64,000 bases of DNA from the NCBI RefSeq assembly GCF_964355755.1, contig NC_092673.1, forward strand, positions 682,001 through 746,000. Reading direction: 5' to 3'. The position numbers were made by a program, and so were the translations under genes. Shown piece by piece: positions 1 through 14,200 of this stretch (within the stretch, counting starts at the first letter, position 1; the number at the start of each line of letters is the position of its first letter). A model generated the notes under the pieces. That model was given only the letters and a program-made list of their open reading frames with translations, was not told the origin of the DNA and ran no database searches. The DNA comes from Antedon mediterranea. Lineage: Eukaryota; Animalia; Echinodermata.

Positions 1-294
1 CCATTTAAAAGGTTTGTGTATTTCATGTAATGTTTAATGTGGGACTGTTATTAGTTAAAATACACAATGTAATACGTAGTATTTGTGTTGTGAAAACATT
101 TTCATGTAATTCTTAGAAAATGTATCATGTTTAAATATTCTGTTGTTAATGTTAGGAACTATGCCTTCCCCTGAAGTATATTTGTCCAGTTCCCAGAATG
201 AAGATATACACCTTTTCACCTGTGTGCTTTTGTCCTCTACAAATAAGATTCTGGTGGCTGATGGACCACATGGATTAATGCCATAACATATATG

Positions 295-1845
295 TAAGTA
301 CGACTGGTTACGTAAGTAGTAGGCCAGGTTGCGTACGTAAGTAGGCCAGGTTGCGTAAGTAGCAGGCCAGATTGCTTACGTAAGTAGTAGGCCAGGTTGC
401 GTACTTAAGTAGTAGGTCAGGTTGCGTGCGTAAGTAGCAGGCCAGGTTGCGTAAGTAAGTAGCAGGCCAGGTTGTGTGCGTAAGTGGCAGGCCAGGTTGC
501 GTGCGTAAGTGGCAGGCCAGGTTGCGTGCGTAAGTGGCAGGCCAGGTTGCGTGCGTAAGTGGCAGGCCAGGTTGCGTAAGTAAGTGGCAGGCCAGGTTGC
601 GTGCGTAAGTAGCAAGCCAGGTTGCGTGCGTAAGTAGCAGGCCAGGTTGCGTGCGTAAGTGGCAGGCCAGGTTGCGTGCGCAAGTGGCAGGCCAGGTTGC
701 GTGCGTAAGTGGCAGGCCAGGTTGCGTGCGTAAGTGGCAGGCCAGGTTGCGTGCGTAAGTGGCAGGCCAGGTTGCGTAAGTAAGTGGAAAGCCAGGTTGC
801 GTGCGTAAGTAGCAGGCCAGGTTGCGTGCGTAAGTAGCAGGCCAGGTTGCGTGCGTAAGTAGCAGGCCAGGTTGCGTGCGTAAGTAGCAGGCCAGGTTGC
901 GTGAGTAAGTAGCAGGCCAGGTTGCGTAAGTAAGTGGCAGGCCAGGTTGCGTAAGTAAGTGGCAGGCCAGGTTGCGTAAGTAAGTGGAAAGCCAGGTTGC
1001 GTGCATAAGTAGCAGGCCAGGTTGCGTGCGTAAGTAGCAGGCCAGGTTGCGTGAGTAAGTGGCAGGGCAGGTTGCGTGCGTAAGTGGCAGGGCAGGTTGC
1101 GTGCGTAAGTGGCAGGGCAGGTTGCGTGCGTAAGTGGCAGGCCAGGTTGCGTGCGTAAGTGGCAGGCCAGGTTACGTGCGTAAGTGGCAGGCCAGGTTGC
1201 GTGCGTAAGTGGCAGGCCAGGTTGCGTGCGTAAGTGGCAGGCCAGGTTGCGTGCGTAAGTGGCAGGCCAGGTTGCGTAAGTAAGTAGCAGGCCAGGTTGC
1301 GTGCGTAAGTGGCAGGCCAGGTTGCGTGCGTAAGTGGCAGGCCAGGTTGCTTAAGTAAGTGGCAGGCCAGGTTGCGTAAGTAAGTGGCAGGCCAGGTTGC
1401 GTGCGTAAGTGGCAGGCCAGGTTGCGTGCGTAAGTGGCAGGCCAGGTTGCGTGCGTAAGTGGCAGGCCAGGTTGCGTGCGTAAGTGGCAGGCCAGGTTGC
1501 GTGCGTAAGTGGCAGGCCAGGTTGCGTGCGTAAGTGGCAGGCCAGGTTGCGTGCGTAAGTGGCAGGCCAGGTTGCGTGCGTAAGTGGCAGGCCAGGTTGC
1601 GTAAGTAAGTAGCAGGCCAGGTTGCGTAAGTAAGTAGCAGGCCAGGTTGCCTAAGTAAGTAGCAGGCCAGGTTGCCTAAGTAAGTAGCAGGCCAGGTTGC
1701 GTGCGTAAGTAGCAGGCCAGGTTGCGTGCGTAAGTAGCAGGCCAGGTTGCGTGCGTAAGTAGCAGGCCAGGTTGCGTGCGTAAGTAGCAGGCCAGGTTGC
1801 GTAAGTAAGTAGAAGGCCAGGTTGCGTAAGTAAGTAGTAGGCCAG
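295..1845 (+). repeat. 25-bp minisatellite (GCAGGCCAGGTTGCGTGCGTAAGT[G/A])n, unit 1
   Basis: Directly visible 25-bp period. Further arrays at ~3585-4615, 6351-7405, 8722-9151, 10897-11951, 13260-13688, 15433-16262, 18006-19054, 20376-21499, 22821-23799, 25546-26375. Confidence 0.97.
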
Positions 1846-1874
1846 TTTATGTTTTTTTTTACCCTTCTTTTCAG

Positions 1875-2208
1875 TAATCAAAACGTAGATACGGATGCTG
1901 TGATGCTTGCTAACGTCAAGACGATTGTGGGGAATGTGACTACTCCTTGGTTAGTAGATTGTTTTAGTATACTAGATTAATGGCAAATTAAATCTATGTC
2001 ATAAGGTGTCCACTTTATTTATATTTGCATAGTTCAGCAATACCCTAACAAACACCACATAATGTATGGCTACCTTTTTAGTTGAATATTAAATATAATT
2101 TTTTTAAATTATTATTGTGAATGCTTTACTCAGGATACGAAGAAATTTGGCGGACAAAACAGGATTAGCGAGAAATGCAGGTTAAAGCAATGTATTGGAT
2201 TGCCTTTG
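1875..2208 (+). pseudogene. Degenerate two-exon CXXC (KFGG-type) zinc-finger fragment, first of 11 copies
   Basis: Exon A 1875-1949 (ttttcag| ... |gttagt) reads SKRRYGCCDAC*RQDDCGECDYSL. Exon B 2134-2208 (ctcag| ... |gtaagt) reads DTKKFGGQNRISEKCRLKQCIGLPL. Phase-0 join matches the CGxCxxC...CGxCxxCxDxxKFGG...CxxxxC pattern of CFP1/MLL/DNMT1 CXXC domains. In-frame TAA and a Cys>Ser. Exon A copies start at 1875, 4645, 7436, 9181, 11982, 13719, 16293, 19085, 21530, 23831, 26407. Confidence 0.85.
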
Positions 2209-5200
2209 GTAAGTTCTGTACTTAATTAAAGAATTTCCTTTCTTCTTATTTAAAGACCATTTTCCTATAATTTGTGACAATTTGTAAAAATAATAAATAT
2301 TTATAATACTTTAAAAACATTAAACCAAGTCATTCCTTGTCTTAAATATACGTTTTATGGTAAATTATGATAGAAAGCTACGTAGATAGCTAGATAGATC
2401 ACTTTGTGGTCCGAAACGTATAACTTTAGACCAAATTCATATTCATTTTTGTTGACATTTATTACATTTTTAGAGGTGTTTAACAATCCATATTTTATTA
2501 ATATTGACAATGTTTATATAATATATCAAATAAATTGGTAAAAAAAACCTAATTTTATTTTCAATTATTACTTCGAAAACTTTGTTTCGTGCAACAAAGG
2601 GCGTAACTTGTTTACATCGTTCGCATGACTAAAAAATCATGACTTTCGACAATGTTTAGAAAATGTTTGCTTTACTGCATCTTTAGCCCTAGTAGTACTA
2701 CCCCATAGTGTCTCTGAAAATAAAGTTTGGGGAAAAAAGCTTATTTTATGCTTATAAAACGCATATCAGAGCCGATGAATTTATGTGTGCCGAATCGTCC
2801 CGGGGCTAAAAACTTCATTTTTGTACAATAGGCAAGAGTTTATAATTTGTGATTTGTAATTTTAAAACATGATTAAATTTAATTTACATGTTTTTTGATG
2901 CAAGTAGTTTTAAAAATTTCTTTTAAAATTCACCTGTTTGTTTTTGGCGTTGCTGTTCTATTGTTAGTCAACTGAAAATATTGTTAGTTGAAAGGGTGGT
3001 TACAAAACCATTACACCAAATTTGCATACACATGGTTGTAGTGAAATTAGCCTAATCACACACAGCATTGAGACACAAAAATATATATGTATTTTGTTTC
3101 TCATGAAGGAGAATTTTACAGTAGGCGGAGGTATTGATGATAAAAGAAGAGAATAAAATTGTGTAAATTGCGTAAACGTAAGGACAGTGAAACATCGTCA
3201 AAACAGGGTGATGCTCACAGAGACCACAAGTACATGATACCAAGGGTAAGAACCAATTTTGTCACTATATTTTTAATATTATCACATATTTCCATTTAAA
3301 AGGTTTGTGTATTTCATGTAATGTTTAATGTGGGACTGTTATTAGTTAAAATACACAATGTAATACGTAGTATTTGTGTTGTGAAAACATTTTCATGTAA
3401 TTCTTAGAAAATGTATCATGTTTAAATATTCTGTTGTTAATGTTAGGAACTATGCCTTCCCCTGAAGTATATTTGTCCAGTTTCCAGAATGAAGATCTAC
3501 ACCTTTTCACCTGTGTGCTTTTGTCCTCTACAAATAAGATTCTGGTGGCTGATGGACCACATGGATTAATGCCATAACATATATGTAAGTAGGCCTGGTT
3601 ACGTAAGTAGTAGGCCAGGTTGCGTAAGTAAGTGGCAGGCCAGGTTGCGTGCGTAAGTAGCAGGCCAGATTGCTTACGTAAGTAGTAGGCCAGGTTGCGT
3701 AAATAAGTAGCAGGCCAGGTTGCGTGCGTAAGTAGCAGGCCAGGTTGCGTGCGTAAGTGGCAGGCCAGGTTGCGTGCGTAAGTGGCAGGCCAGGTTGCGT
3801 GCGTAAGTGGCAGGCCAGGTTGCGTGCGTAAGTGGCAGGCCAGGTTGCGTGGGTAAGTGGCAGACCAGGTTGCGTGCGTAAGTGGCAGGCCAGTTTGCGT
3901 GCGTAAGTAGCAAGCCAGGTTGCGTGCGTAAGTAGCAGGCCAGGTTGCGTGCGTAAGTAGCATGCCAGGTTGCGTGCGTAAGTAGCATGCCAGGTTGCGT
4001 GCGTAAGTAGCATGCCAGGTTGCGTGCGTAAGTAGCAGGCCAGGTTGCGTAAGTAAGTAGCAGGCCAGGTTGCGTAAGTAAGTACCAGGCCAGGTTGCGT
4101 AAGTGGCAGGCCAGGTTGCGTGCGTAAGTGGCAGGCCAGGTTGCGAGCGTAAGTGGCAGGCCAGGTTGCGTGCGTAAGTGGCAGGCCAGGTTGCGTGCGT
4201 AAGTGGCAGGCCAGGTTGCGTGCGTAAGTGGCAGGCCAGGTTGCGTGCGTAAGTGGAAGGCCAGGTTGCGTAAGTAAGTAGCAGGCCAGGTTGCGTGCGT
4301 AAGTAGCAGGGCAGGTTGCGTGCGTAAGTAGCAGGCCAGGTTGCGTGCGTAAGTAGCAGGCCAGGTTGCGTGAGTAAGTAGCAGGCCAGGTTGCGTGCGT
4401 AAGTAGCAGGCCAGGTTGCGTGCGTAAGTAGCAGGCCAGGTTGTGTAAGTAAGTAGAAGGCCAGGTTGCCTAAGTAAGTAGAAGGCCAGGTTGCGTGCGT
4501 AAGTAGAAGGCCAGGTTGCGTGCGTAAGTAGCAGGCCAGGTTGCGTGTGTAAGTAGCAGGCCAGGTTGCGTGCGTAAGTAGCAGGCCATGTTGCGTAAGT
4601 AAGTAGTAGGCCAGTTTATGTTTTTTTTTTACCCTTCTTTTCAGTAATCAAAACGTAGATGCGGATGCTGTGATGCTTGCTAACGTCAAGACGATTGTGG
4701 CTTCTCCTTGGTTAGTAGATTGTTTTAGTATACTAGATTAAAGGCAAATTAAATCTATGTCATAAGGTGTCCACTTTATTTATATTTGCATGGTTCAGCA
4801 ATACCCTAACAAACACCACATAATGTATGGCTACCTTTTTAGTTGAATATTAAATATAATTTTTTTAAATTATTATTGTGAATGCTTTACTCAGGATACG
4901 AAGAAATTTGGCGGACAAAACAGGATTAGCGAGAAATGCAGGTTAAAGCAATGTATTGGATTGCCTTTGGTAAGTTCTGTACTTAATTAAAGAATTTCCT
5001 TTCTTCTTATTTAAAGACCATTTTCCTATAATTTGTGACAATTTGTAAAAATAATAAATATATATAATACTTTAAAAACATTAAACCAAGTCATTCCTTG
5101 TCTTAAATAAACGTTTTATGGTAAATTATGATAGAAAGCTACGTAGATAGCTAGATAGATCACTTTGTGGTCCGAAACGTATAACTTTAGACCAAATTCA

Positions 5201-8200
5201 TATTCATTTTTGTTGACATTTATTACATTTTTAGAGGTGTTTAACAATCCATATTTTATTAATATTGACAATGTTTATATAATATATCAAATAAATTGGT
5301 AAAAAAAACCTAATTTTATTTTCAATTATTACTTCGAAAACTTTGTTTCGTGCAACAAAGGGCGTAACTTGTTTACATCGTTCGCATGACTAAAAAATCA
5401 TGACTTTCGACAATGTTTAGAAAATGTTTGCTTTACTGCATCTTTAGCCCTAGTAGTACTACCCCATAGTGTCTCTGAAAATAAAGTTTGGGGAAAAAAG
5501 CTTATTTTATGCTTATAAAACGCATATCAAAGCCGATGAATTTATGTGTGCCGAATCGTCCCGGGGCTAAAAACTTCATTTTTGTACAATAGGCAAGAGT
5601 TTATAATTTGTGATTTGTAATTTTAAAACATGATTAAATTTAATTTACATGTTTTTTGATGCAAGTACAGTAGTTTTAAAAATTTCTTTTAAAATTCACC
5701 TGTTTGTTTTTGGCGTTGCTGTTCTATTGTTAGTCAACTAAAAATATTGTTAGTTGAAAGGCTGGTTACAAAACCATTACACCAAATTTGCATACACATG
5801 GTTGTAGTGAAATTAGCCTAATCACACACAGCATTGAGACACAAAAATATATATGTATTTTGTTTCTCATGAAGGAGAATTTTACAGTAGGCGGAGGTAT
5901 TGATGATAAAAGAAGAGAATAAAATTGTGTAAATTGCGTAAACGTAAGGACAGTGAAACATCGTCAAAACAGGGTGATGCTCACAGAGACCACAAGTACA
6001 TGATACCAAGGGTAAGAACCAATTTTGTCACTATATTTTTAATATTATCACATATTTCCATTTAAAAGGTTTGTGTATTTCATGTAATGTTTAATGTGGG
6101 ACTGTTATTAGTTAAAATACACAATGTAATACGTAGTATTTGTGTTGTGAAAACATTTTCATGTAATTCTTAGAAAATGTATCATGTTTAAATATTCTGT
6201 TGTTAATGTTAGGAACTATGCCTTCCCCTGAAGTATATTTGTCCAGTTCCCAGAATGAAGATCTACACCTTTTCACCTGTGTGCTTTTGTCCTCTACAAA
6301 TAAGATTCTGGTGGCTGATGGACCACATGGATTAATGCCATAACATATATGTAAGTAGGCCTGGTTACGTAAGTAGTAGGCCAGGTTGCGTAAGTAAGTG
6401 GCAGGCCAGGTTGCGTGCGTAAGTAGCAGGCCAGATTGCTTACGTAAGTAGTAGGCCAGGTTGCGTAAATAAGTAGCAGGCCAGGTTGCGTGCGTAAGTA
6501 GCAGGCCAGGTTGCGTGCGTAAGTAGCAGGCCAGGTTGCGTGCGTAAGTGGCAGGCCAGGTTGCGTGCGTAAGTGGCAGGCCAGGTTGCGTGCGTAAGTG
6601 GCAGGCCAGGTTGCGTGCGTAAGTGGCAGGCCAGGTTGCGTGCGTAAGTGGCAGACCAGGTTGCGTGCGTAAGTGGCAGGCCAGTTTGCGTGCGTAAGTA
6701 GCAAGCCAGGTTGCGTGCGTAAGTAGCAGGCCAGGTTGCGTGCGTAAGTAGCATGCCAGGTTGCGTGCGTAAGTAGCATGCCAGGTTGCGTGCGTAAGTA
6801 GCATGCCAGGTTGCGTGCGTAAGTAGCAGGCCAGGTTGCGTAAGTAAGTAGCAGGCCAGGTTGCGTAAGTAAGTACCAGGCCAGGTTGCGTAAGTGGCAG
6901 GCCAGGTTGCGTGCGTAAGTGGCAGGCCAGGTTGCGAGCGTAAGTGGCAGGCCAGGTTGCGTGCGTAAGTGGCAGGCCAGGTTGCGTGCGTAAGTGGCAG
7001 GCCAGGTTGCGTGCGTAAGTGGCAGGCCAGGTTGCGTGCGTAAGTGGAAGGCCAGGTTGCGTAAGTAAGTAGCAGGCCAGGTTGCGTGCGTAAGTAGCAG
7101 GGTAGGTTGCGTGCGTAAGTAGCAGGCCAGGTTGCGTGCGTAAGTAGCAGGCCAGGTTGCGTGAGTAAGTAGCAGGCCAGGTTGCGTGCGTAAGTAGCAG
7201 GCCAGGTTGCGTGCGTAAGTAGCAGGCCAGGTTGTGTAAGTAAGTAGAAGGCCAGGTTGCCTAAGTAAGTAGAAGGCCAGGTTGCGTGCGTAAGTAGAAG
7301 GCCAGGTTGCGTGCGTAAGTAGCAGGCCAGGTTGCGTGTGTAAGTAGCAGGCCAGGTTGCGTGCGTAAGTAGCAGGCCATGTTGCGTAAGTAAGTAGTAG
7401 GCCAGTTTATGTTTTTTTTTTACCCTTCTTTTCAGTAATCAAAACGTAGATGCGGATGCTGTGATGCTTGCTAACGTCAAGACGATTGTGGCTTCTCCTT
7501 GGTTAGTAGATTGTTTTAGTATACTAGATTAAAGGCAAATTAAATCTATGTCATAAGGTGTCCACTTTATTTATATTTGCATGGTTCAGCAATACCCTAA
7601 CAAACACCACATAATGTATGGCTACCTTTTTAGTTGAATATTAAATATAATTTTTTTAAATTATTATTGTGAATGCTTTACTCAGGATACGAAGAAATTT
7701 GGCGGACAAAACAGGATTAGCGAGAAATGCAGGTTAAAGCAATGTATTGGATTGCCTTTGGTAAGTTCTGTACTTAATTAAAGAATTTCCTTTCTTCTTA
7801 TTTAAAGACCATTTTCCTATAATTTGTGACAATTTGTAAAAATAATAAATATATATAATACTTTAAAAACATTAAACCAAGTCATTCCTTGTCTTAAATA
7901 AACGTTTTATGGTAAATTATGATAGAAAGCTACGTAGATAGCTAGATAGATCACTTTGTGGTCCGAAACGTATAACTTTAGACCAAATTCATATTCATTT
8001 TTGTTGACATTTATTACATTTTTAGAGGTGTTTAACAATCCATATTTTATTAATATTGACAATGTTTGTATAATATATCAAATAAATTGGTAAAAAAAAC
8101 CTAATTTTATTTTCAATTATTACTTCGAAAACTTTGTTTCGTGCAACAAAGGGCGTAACTTGTTTACATCGTTCGCATGACTAAAAAATCATGACTTTCG

Positions 8201-11200
8201 ACAATGTTTAGAAAATGTTTGCTTTATTGCATCTTTAGCCCTAGTAGTACTACCCCATAGTGTCTGTCTCTGAAAATAAAGTTTGGGGAAAAAAGCTTAT
8301 TTTATGCTTATAAAACGCATATCAAAGCCGATGAATTTATGTGTGCCGAATCGTCCCGGGGCTAAAAACTTCATTTTTGTACAATAGGCAAGATTTTGTC
8401 ACTATATTTTTAATATTATCACATATTTCCATTTAAAAGGTTTGTGTATTTCATGTAATGTTTAATGTGGGACTGTTATTAGTTAAAATACACAATGTAA
8501 TACGTAGTATTTGTGTTGTGAAAACATTTTCATGTAATTCTTAGAAAATGTATCATGTTTAAATATTCTGTTGTTAATGTTAGGAACTATGCCTTCCCCT
8601 GAAGTATATTTGTCCAGTTCCCAGAATGAAGATCTACACCTTTTCACCTGTGTGCTTTTGTCCTCTAAAAATAAGATTCTGGTGGCTGATGGACCACATG
8701 GATTAATGCCATAACATATATGTAAGTAGGCCTGGTTACGTAAGTAGTAGGCCAGGTTGCGTACGTAAGTAGGCCAGGTTGCGTAAGTAGCAGGCCAGAT
8801 TGCTTACGTAAGTAGTAGGCCAGGTTGCGTACTTAAGTAGTAGGTCAGGTTATGCAAGTAGCAGGCCAGGTTGCGTGCGTAAGTAGCAGGCCAGGTCGCG
8901 TGCGTAAGTAGCAGGCCAGGTTGCGTGCGTAAGTAGCAGGCCAGGTTGCGTGAGTAAGTAGCAGGCCAGGTTGCCTGCGTAAGTAGCAGGCCAGGTTGCG
9001 TGCGTAAGTAGCAGGCCAGGTTGCGTGAGTAAGTAGCAGGCCAGGTTGCCTGCGTAAGTAGCAGGCCAGGTTGCGTGCGTAAGTAGCAGGCCAGGTTGCG
9101 TAAGTAAGTACAGGCAGAAGGCCAGGTTGCGTAAGTAAGTAGTAGGCCAGTTTATGTTGTTTTTTTATCCTTTTTTTCAGTAATCAAAACGTAGATACGG
9201 ATGCTGTGATGCTTGCTAACGTCAAGACAATTGTGGCGAATGTGGCTACTCCTTGGTTAGTAGATTGTTTTAGTATACTAGATTAATGGCAAATTAAATC
9301 TATGTCATAAGGTGTCCACTTTATTTATATTTGCATGGTTCAGCAATACCCTAACAAACACCACATAATGTATGGCTACCTTTTTAGTTGAATATTAAAT
9401 ATAATTTGTTTAAATTATTATTGTGAATGCTTTATTCAGGATACGAAGAAATTTGGCGGACAAAACAGGATTAGCAAGAAATGCAGGTTAAAGCAATGTA
9501 TTGGATTGTCTTTGGTAAGTTCTGTACTTAATTAAGGAATTTATTTACTTCTTATCTAAAGACCATTTTCCTATAATTTGTGATAATTTGTAAAAATAAT
9601 AAATATATATAATACTTTAAAAACATTAAACCAAGTCATTCCTTGTCTTAAATATACGTTTTATGGTAAATTATGATAGAAAGCTACGTAGATAGCTAGA
9701 TAGATCACTTTGTGGTCCGAAACGTATAACTTTAGACCAAATTCATATTCATTTTTGTTGACATTTATCACATTTTTAGAGGTGTTTAACAATCCATATT
9801 TTATTAATATTGACAATGTTTATATAATATATCAAATAAATTGGTAAAAAAAAACCTAATTTTATTTTCAATTATTACTTCGAAAACTTTGTTTCGTGCA
9901 ACAAAGGGCGTAACTTGTTTACATCGTTCGCATGACTAAAAAATCATGACTTTCGACAATGTTTAGAAAATGTTTGCTTTACTGCATCTTTAGCCCTAGT
10001 AGTACTACCCCATAGTGTCTCTGAAAATAAAGTTTGGGGAAAAAAGCTTATTTTATGCTTATAAAACGCATATCAAAGCCGATGAATTTATGTGTGCCGA
10101 ATCGTCCCGGGGCTAAAAACTTCATTTTTGTACAATAGGCAAGAGTTTATAATTTGTGATTTGTAATTTTAAAACATGATTAAATTTAATTTACATGTTT
10201 TTTGATGCAAGTACAGTAGTTTTAAAAATTTCTTTTAAAATTCACCTGTTTGTTTTTGGCGTTGCTGTTCTATTGTTAGTCAACTAAAAATATTGTTAGT
10301 TGAAAGGCTGGTTACAAAACCATTACACCAAATTTGCATACACATGGTTGTAGTGAAATTAGCCTAATCACACACAGCATTGAGACACAAAAATATATAT
10401 GTATTTTGTTTCTCATGAAGGAGAATTTTACAGTAGGCGGAGGTATTGATGATAAAAGAAGAGAATAAAATTGTGTAAATTGCGTAAACGTAAGGACAGT
10501 GAAACATCGTCAAAACAGGGTGATGCTCACAGAGACCACAAGTACATGATACCAAGGGTAAGAACCAATTTTGTCACTATATTTTTAATATTATCACATA
10601 TTTCCATTTAAAAGGTTTGTGTATTTCATGTAATGTTTAATGTGGGACTGTTATTAGTTAAAATACACAATGTAATACGTAGTATTTGTGTTGTGAAAAC
10701 ATTTTCATGTAATTCTTAGAAAATGTATCATGTTTAAATATTCTGTTGTTAATGTTAGGAACTATGCCTTCCCCTGAAGTATATTTGTCCAGTTCCCAGA
10801 ATGAAGATCTACACCTTTTCACCTGTGTGCTTTTGTCCTCTACAAATAAGATTCTGGTGGCTGATGGACCACATGGATTAATGCCATAACATATATGTAA
10901 GTAGGCCTGGTTACGTAAGTAGTAGGCCAGGTTGCGTAAGTAAGTGGCAGGCCAGGTTGCGTGCGTAAGTAGCAGGCCAGATTGCTTACGTAAGTAGTAG
11001 GCCAGGTTGCGTAAATAAGTAGCAGGCCAGGTTGCGTGCGTAAGTAGCAGGCCAGGTTGCGTGCGTAAGTAGCAGGCCAGGTTGCGTGCGTAAGTGGCAG
11101 GCCAGGTTGCGTGCGTAAGTGGCAGGCCAGGTTGCGTGCGTAAGTGGCAGGCCAGGTTGCGTGCGTAAGTGGCAGGCCAGGTTGCGTGCGTAAGTGGCAG

Positions 11201-14200
11201 ACCAGGTTGCGTGCGTAAGTGGCAGGCCAGTTTGCGTGCGTAAGTAGCAAGCCAGGTTGCGTGCGTAAGTAGCAGGCCAGGTTGCGTGCGTAAGTAGCAT
11301 GCCAGGTTGCGTGCGTAAGTAGCATGCCAGGTTGCGTGCGTAAGTAGCATGCCAGGTTGCGTGCGTAAGTAGCAGGCCAGGTTGCGTAAGTAAGTAGCAG
11401 GCCAGGTTGCGTAAGTAAGTACCAGGCCAGGTTGCGTAAGTGGCAGGCCAGGTTGCGTGCGTAAGTGGCAGGCCAGGTTGCGAGCGTAAGTGGCAGGCCA
11501 GGTTGCGTGCGTAAGTGGCAGGCCAGGTTCCGTGCGTAAGTGGCAGGCCAGGTTGCGTGCGTAAGTGGCAGGCCAGGTTGCGTGCGTAAGTGGAAGGCCA
11601 GGTTGCGTAAGTAAGTAGCAGGCCAGGTTGCGTGCGTAAGTAGCAGGGTAGGTTGCGTGCGTAAGTAGCAGGCCAGGTTGCGTGCGTAAGTAGCAGGCCA
11701 GGTTGCGTGAGTAAGTAGCAGGCCAGGTTGCGTGCGTAAGTAGCAGGCCAGGTTGCGTGCGTAAGTAGCAGGCCAGGTTGCGTAAGTAAGTAGAAGGCCA
11801 GGTTGCCTAAGTAAGTAGAAGGCCAGGTTGCGTGCGTAAGTAGAAGGCCAGGTTGCGTGCGTAAGTAGCAGGCCAGGTTGCGTGCGTAAGTAGCAGGCCA
11901 GGTTGCGTGCGTAAGTAGCAGGCCATGTTGCGTAAGTAAGTAGTAGGCCAGTTTATGTTTTTTTTTTACCCTTCTTTTCAGTAATCAAAACGTAGATGCG
12001 GATGCTGTGATGCTTGCTAACGTCAAGACGATTGTGGCTTCTCCTTGGTTAGTAGATTGTTTTAGTATACTAGATTAAAGGCAAATTAAATCTATGTCAT
12101 AAGGTGTCCACTTTATTTATATTTGCATGGTTCAGCAATACCCTAACAAACACCACATAATGTATGGCTACCTTTTTAGTTGAATATTAAATATAATTTT
12201 TTTAAATTATTATTGTGAATGCTTTACTCAGGATACGAAGAAATTTGGCGGACAAAACAGGATTAGCGAGAAATGCAGGTTAAAGCAATGTATTGGATTG
12301 CCTTTGGTAAGTTCTGTACTTAATTAAAGAATTTCCTTTCTTCTTATTTAAAGACCATTTTCCTATAATTTGTGACAATTTGTAAAAATAATAAATATAT
12401 ATAATACTTTAAAAACATTAAACCAAGTCATTCCTTGTCTTAAATAAACGTTTTATGGTAAATTATGATAGAAAGCTACGTAGATAGCTAGATAGATCAC
12501 TTTGTGGTCCGAAACGTATAACTTTAGACCAAATTCATATTCATTTTTGTTGACATTTATTACATTTTTAGAGGTGTTTAACAATCCATATTTTATTAAT
12601 ATTGACAATGTTTATATAATATATCAAATAAATTGGTAAAAAAAACCTAATTTTTTTTTCAATTATTACTTCGAAAACTTTGTTTCGTGCAACAAAGGGC
12701 GTAACTTGTTTACATCGTTCGCATGACTAAAAAATCATGACTTTCGACAATGTTTAGAAAATGTTTGCTTTATTGCATCTTTAGCCCTAGTAGTACTACC
12801 CCATAGTGTCTCTGAAAATAAAGTTTGGGGAAAAAAGCTTATTTTATGCTTATAAAACGCATATCAAAGCCGATGAATTTATGTGTGCCGAATCGTCCCG
12901 GGGCTAAAAACTTCATTTTTGTACAATAGGCAAGATTTTGTCACTATATTTTTAATATTATCACATATTTCCATTTAAAAGGTTTGTGTATTTCATGTAA
13001 TGTTTAATGTGGGACTGTTATTAGTTAAAATACACAATGTAATACGTAGTATTTGTGTTGTGAAAACATTTTCATGTAATTCTTAGAAAATGTATCATGT
13101 TTAAATATTCTGTTGTTAATGTTAGGAACTATGCCTTCCCCTGAAGTATATTTGTCCAGTTCCCAGAATGAAGATCTACACCTTTTCACCTGTGTGCTTT
13201 TGTCCTCTAAAAATAAGATTCTGGTGGCTGATGGACCACATGGATTAATGCCATAACATGTAAGTAGGCCTGGTTACGTAAGTAGTAGGCCAGGTTGCGT
13301 ACGTAAGTAGGCCAGGTTGCGTAAGTAGCAGGCCAGATTGCTTACGTAAGTAGTAGGCCAGGTTGCGTACTTAAGTAGTAGGTCAGGTTATGCAAGTAGC
13401 AGGCCAGGTTGCGTGCGTAAGTAGCAGGCCAGGTCGCGTGCGTAAGTAGCAGGCCAGGTTGCGTGCGTAAGTAGCAGGCCAGGTTGCGTGAGTAAGTAGC
13501 AGGCCAGGTTGCCTGCGTAAGTAGCAGGCCAGGTTGCGTGCGTAAGTAGCAGGCCAGGTTGCGTGAGTAAGTAGCAGGCCAGGTTGCCTGCGTAAGTAGC
13601 AGGCCAGGTTGCGTGCGTAAGTAGCAGGCCAGGTTGCGTAAGTAAGTACAGGCAGAAGGCCAGGTTGCGTAAGTAAGTAGTAGGCCAGTTTATGTTGTTT
13701 TTTTATCCTTTTTTTCAGTAATCAAAACGTAGATACGGATGCTGTGATGCTTGCTAACGTCAAGACAATTGTGGCGAATGTGGCTACTCCTTGGTTAGTA
13801 GATTGTTTTAGTATACTAGATTAATGGCAAATTAAATCTATGTCATAAGGTGTCCACTTTATTTATATTTGCATGGTTCAGCAATACCCTAACAAACACC
13901 ACATAATGTATGGCTACCTTTTTAGTTGAATATTAAATATAATTTGTTTAAATTATTATTGTGAATGCTTTATTCAGGATACGAAGAAATTTGGCGGACA
14001 AAACAGGATTAGCAAGAAATGCAGGTTAAAGCAATGTATTGGATTGTCTTTGGTAAGTTCTGTACTTAATTAAGGAATTTATTTACTTCTTATCTAAAGA
14101 CCATTTTCCTATAATTTGTGATAATTTGTAAAAATAATAAATATATATAATACTTTAAAAACATTAAACCAAGTCATTCCTTGTCTTAAATATACGTTTT

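Noticed and set aside
2682-2810. TTTAGCCC...GGGCTAAA inverted pair and CTAG as a MITE or Helitron terminus in each unit
   Set aside because: Only 8 bp, no TSD or subterminal hairpin, and the array end does not coincide with it.
3052-3243. Repeated 63-aa minus-strand ORF MVSCTCGLCEHH...
   Set aside because: Antisense to the + strand exon-like segment; identical copies reflect array amplification only.
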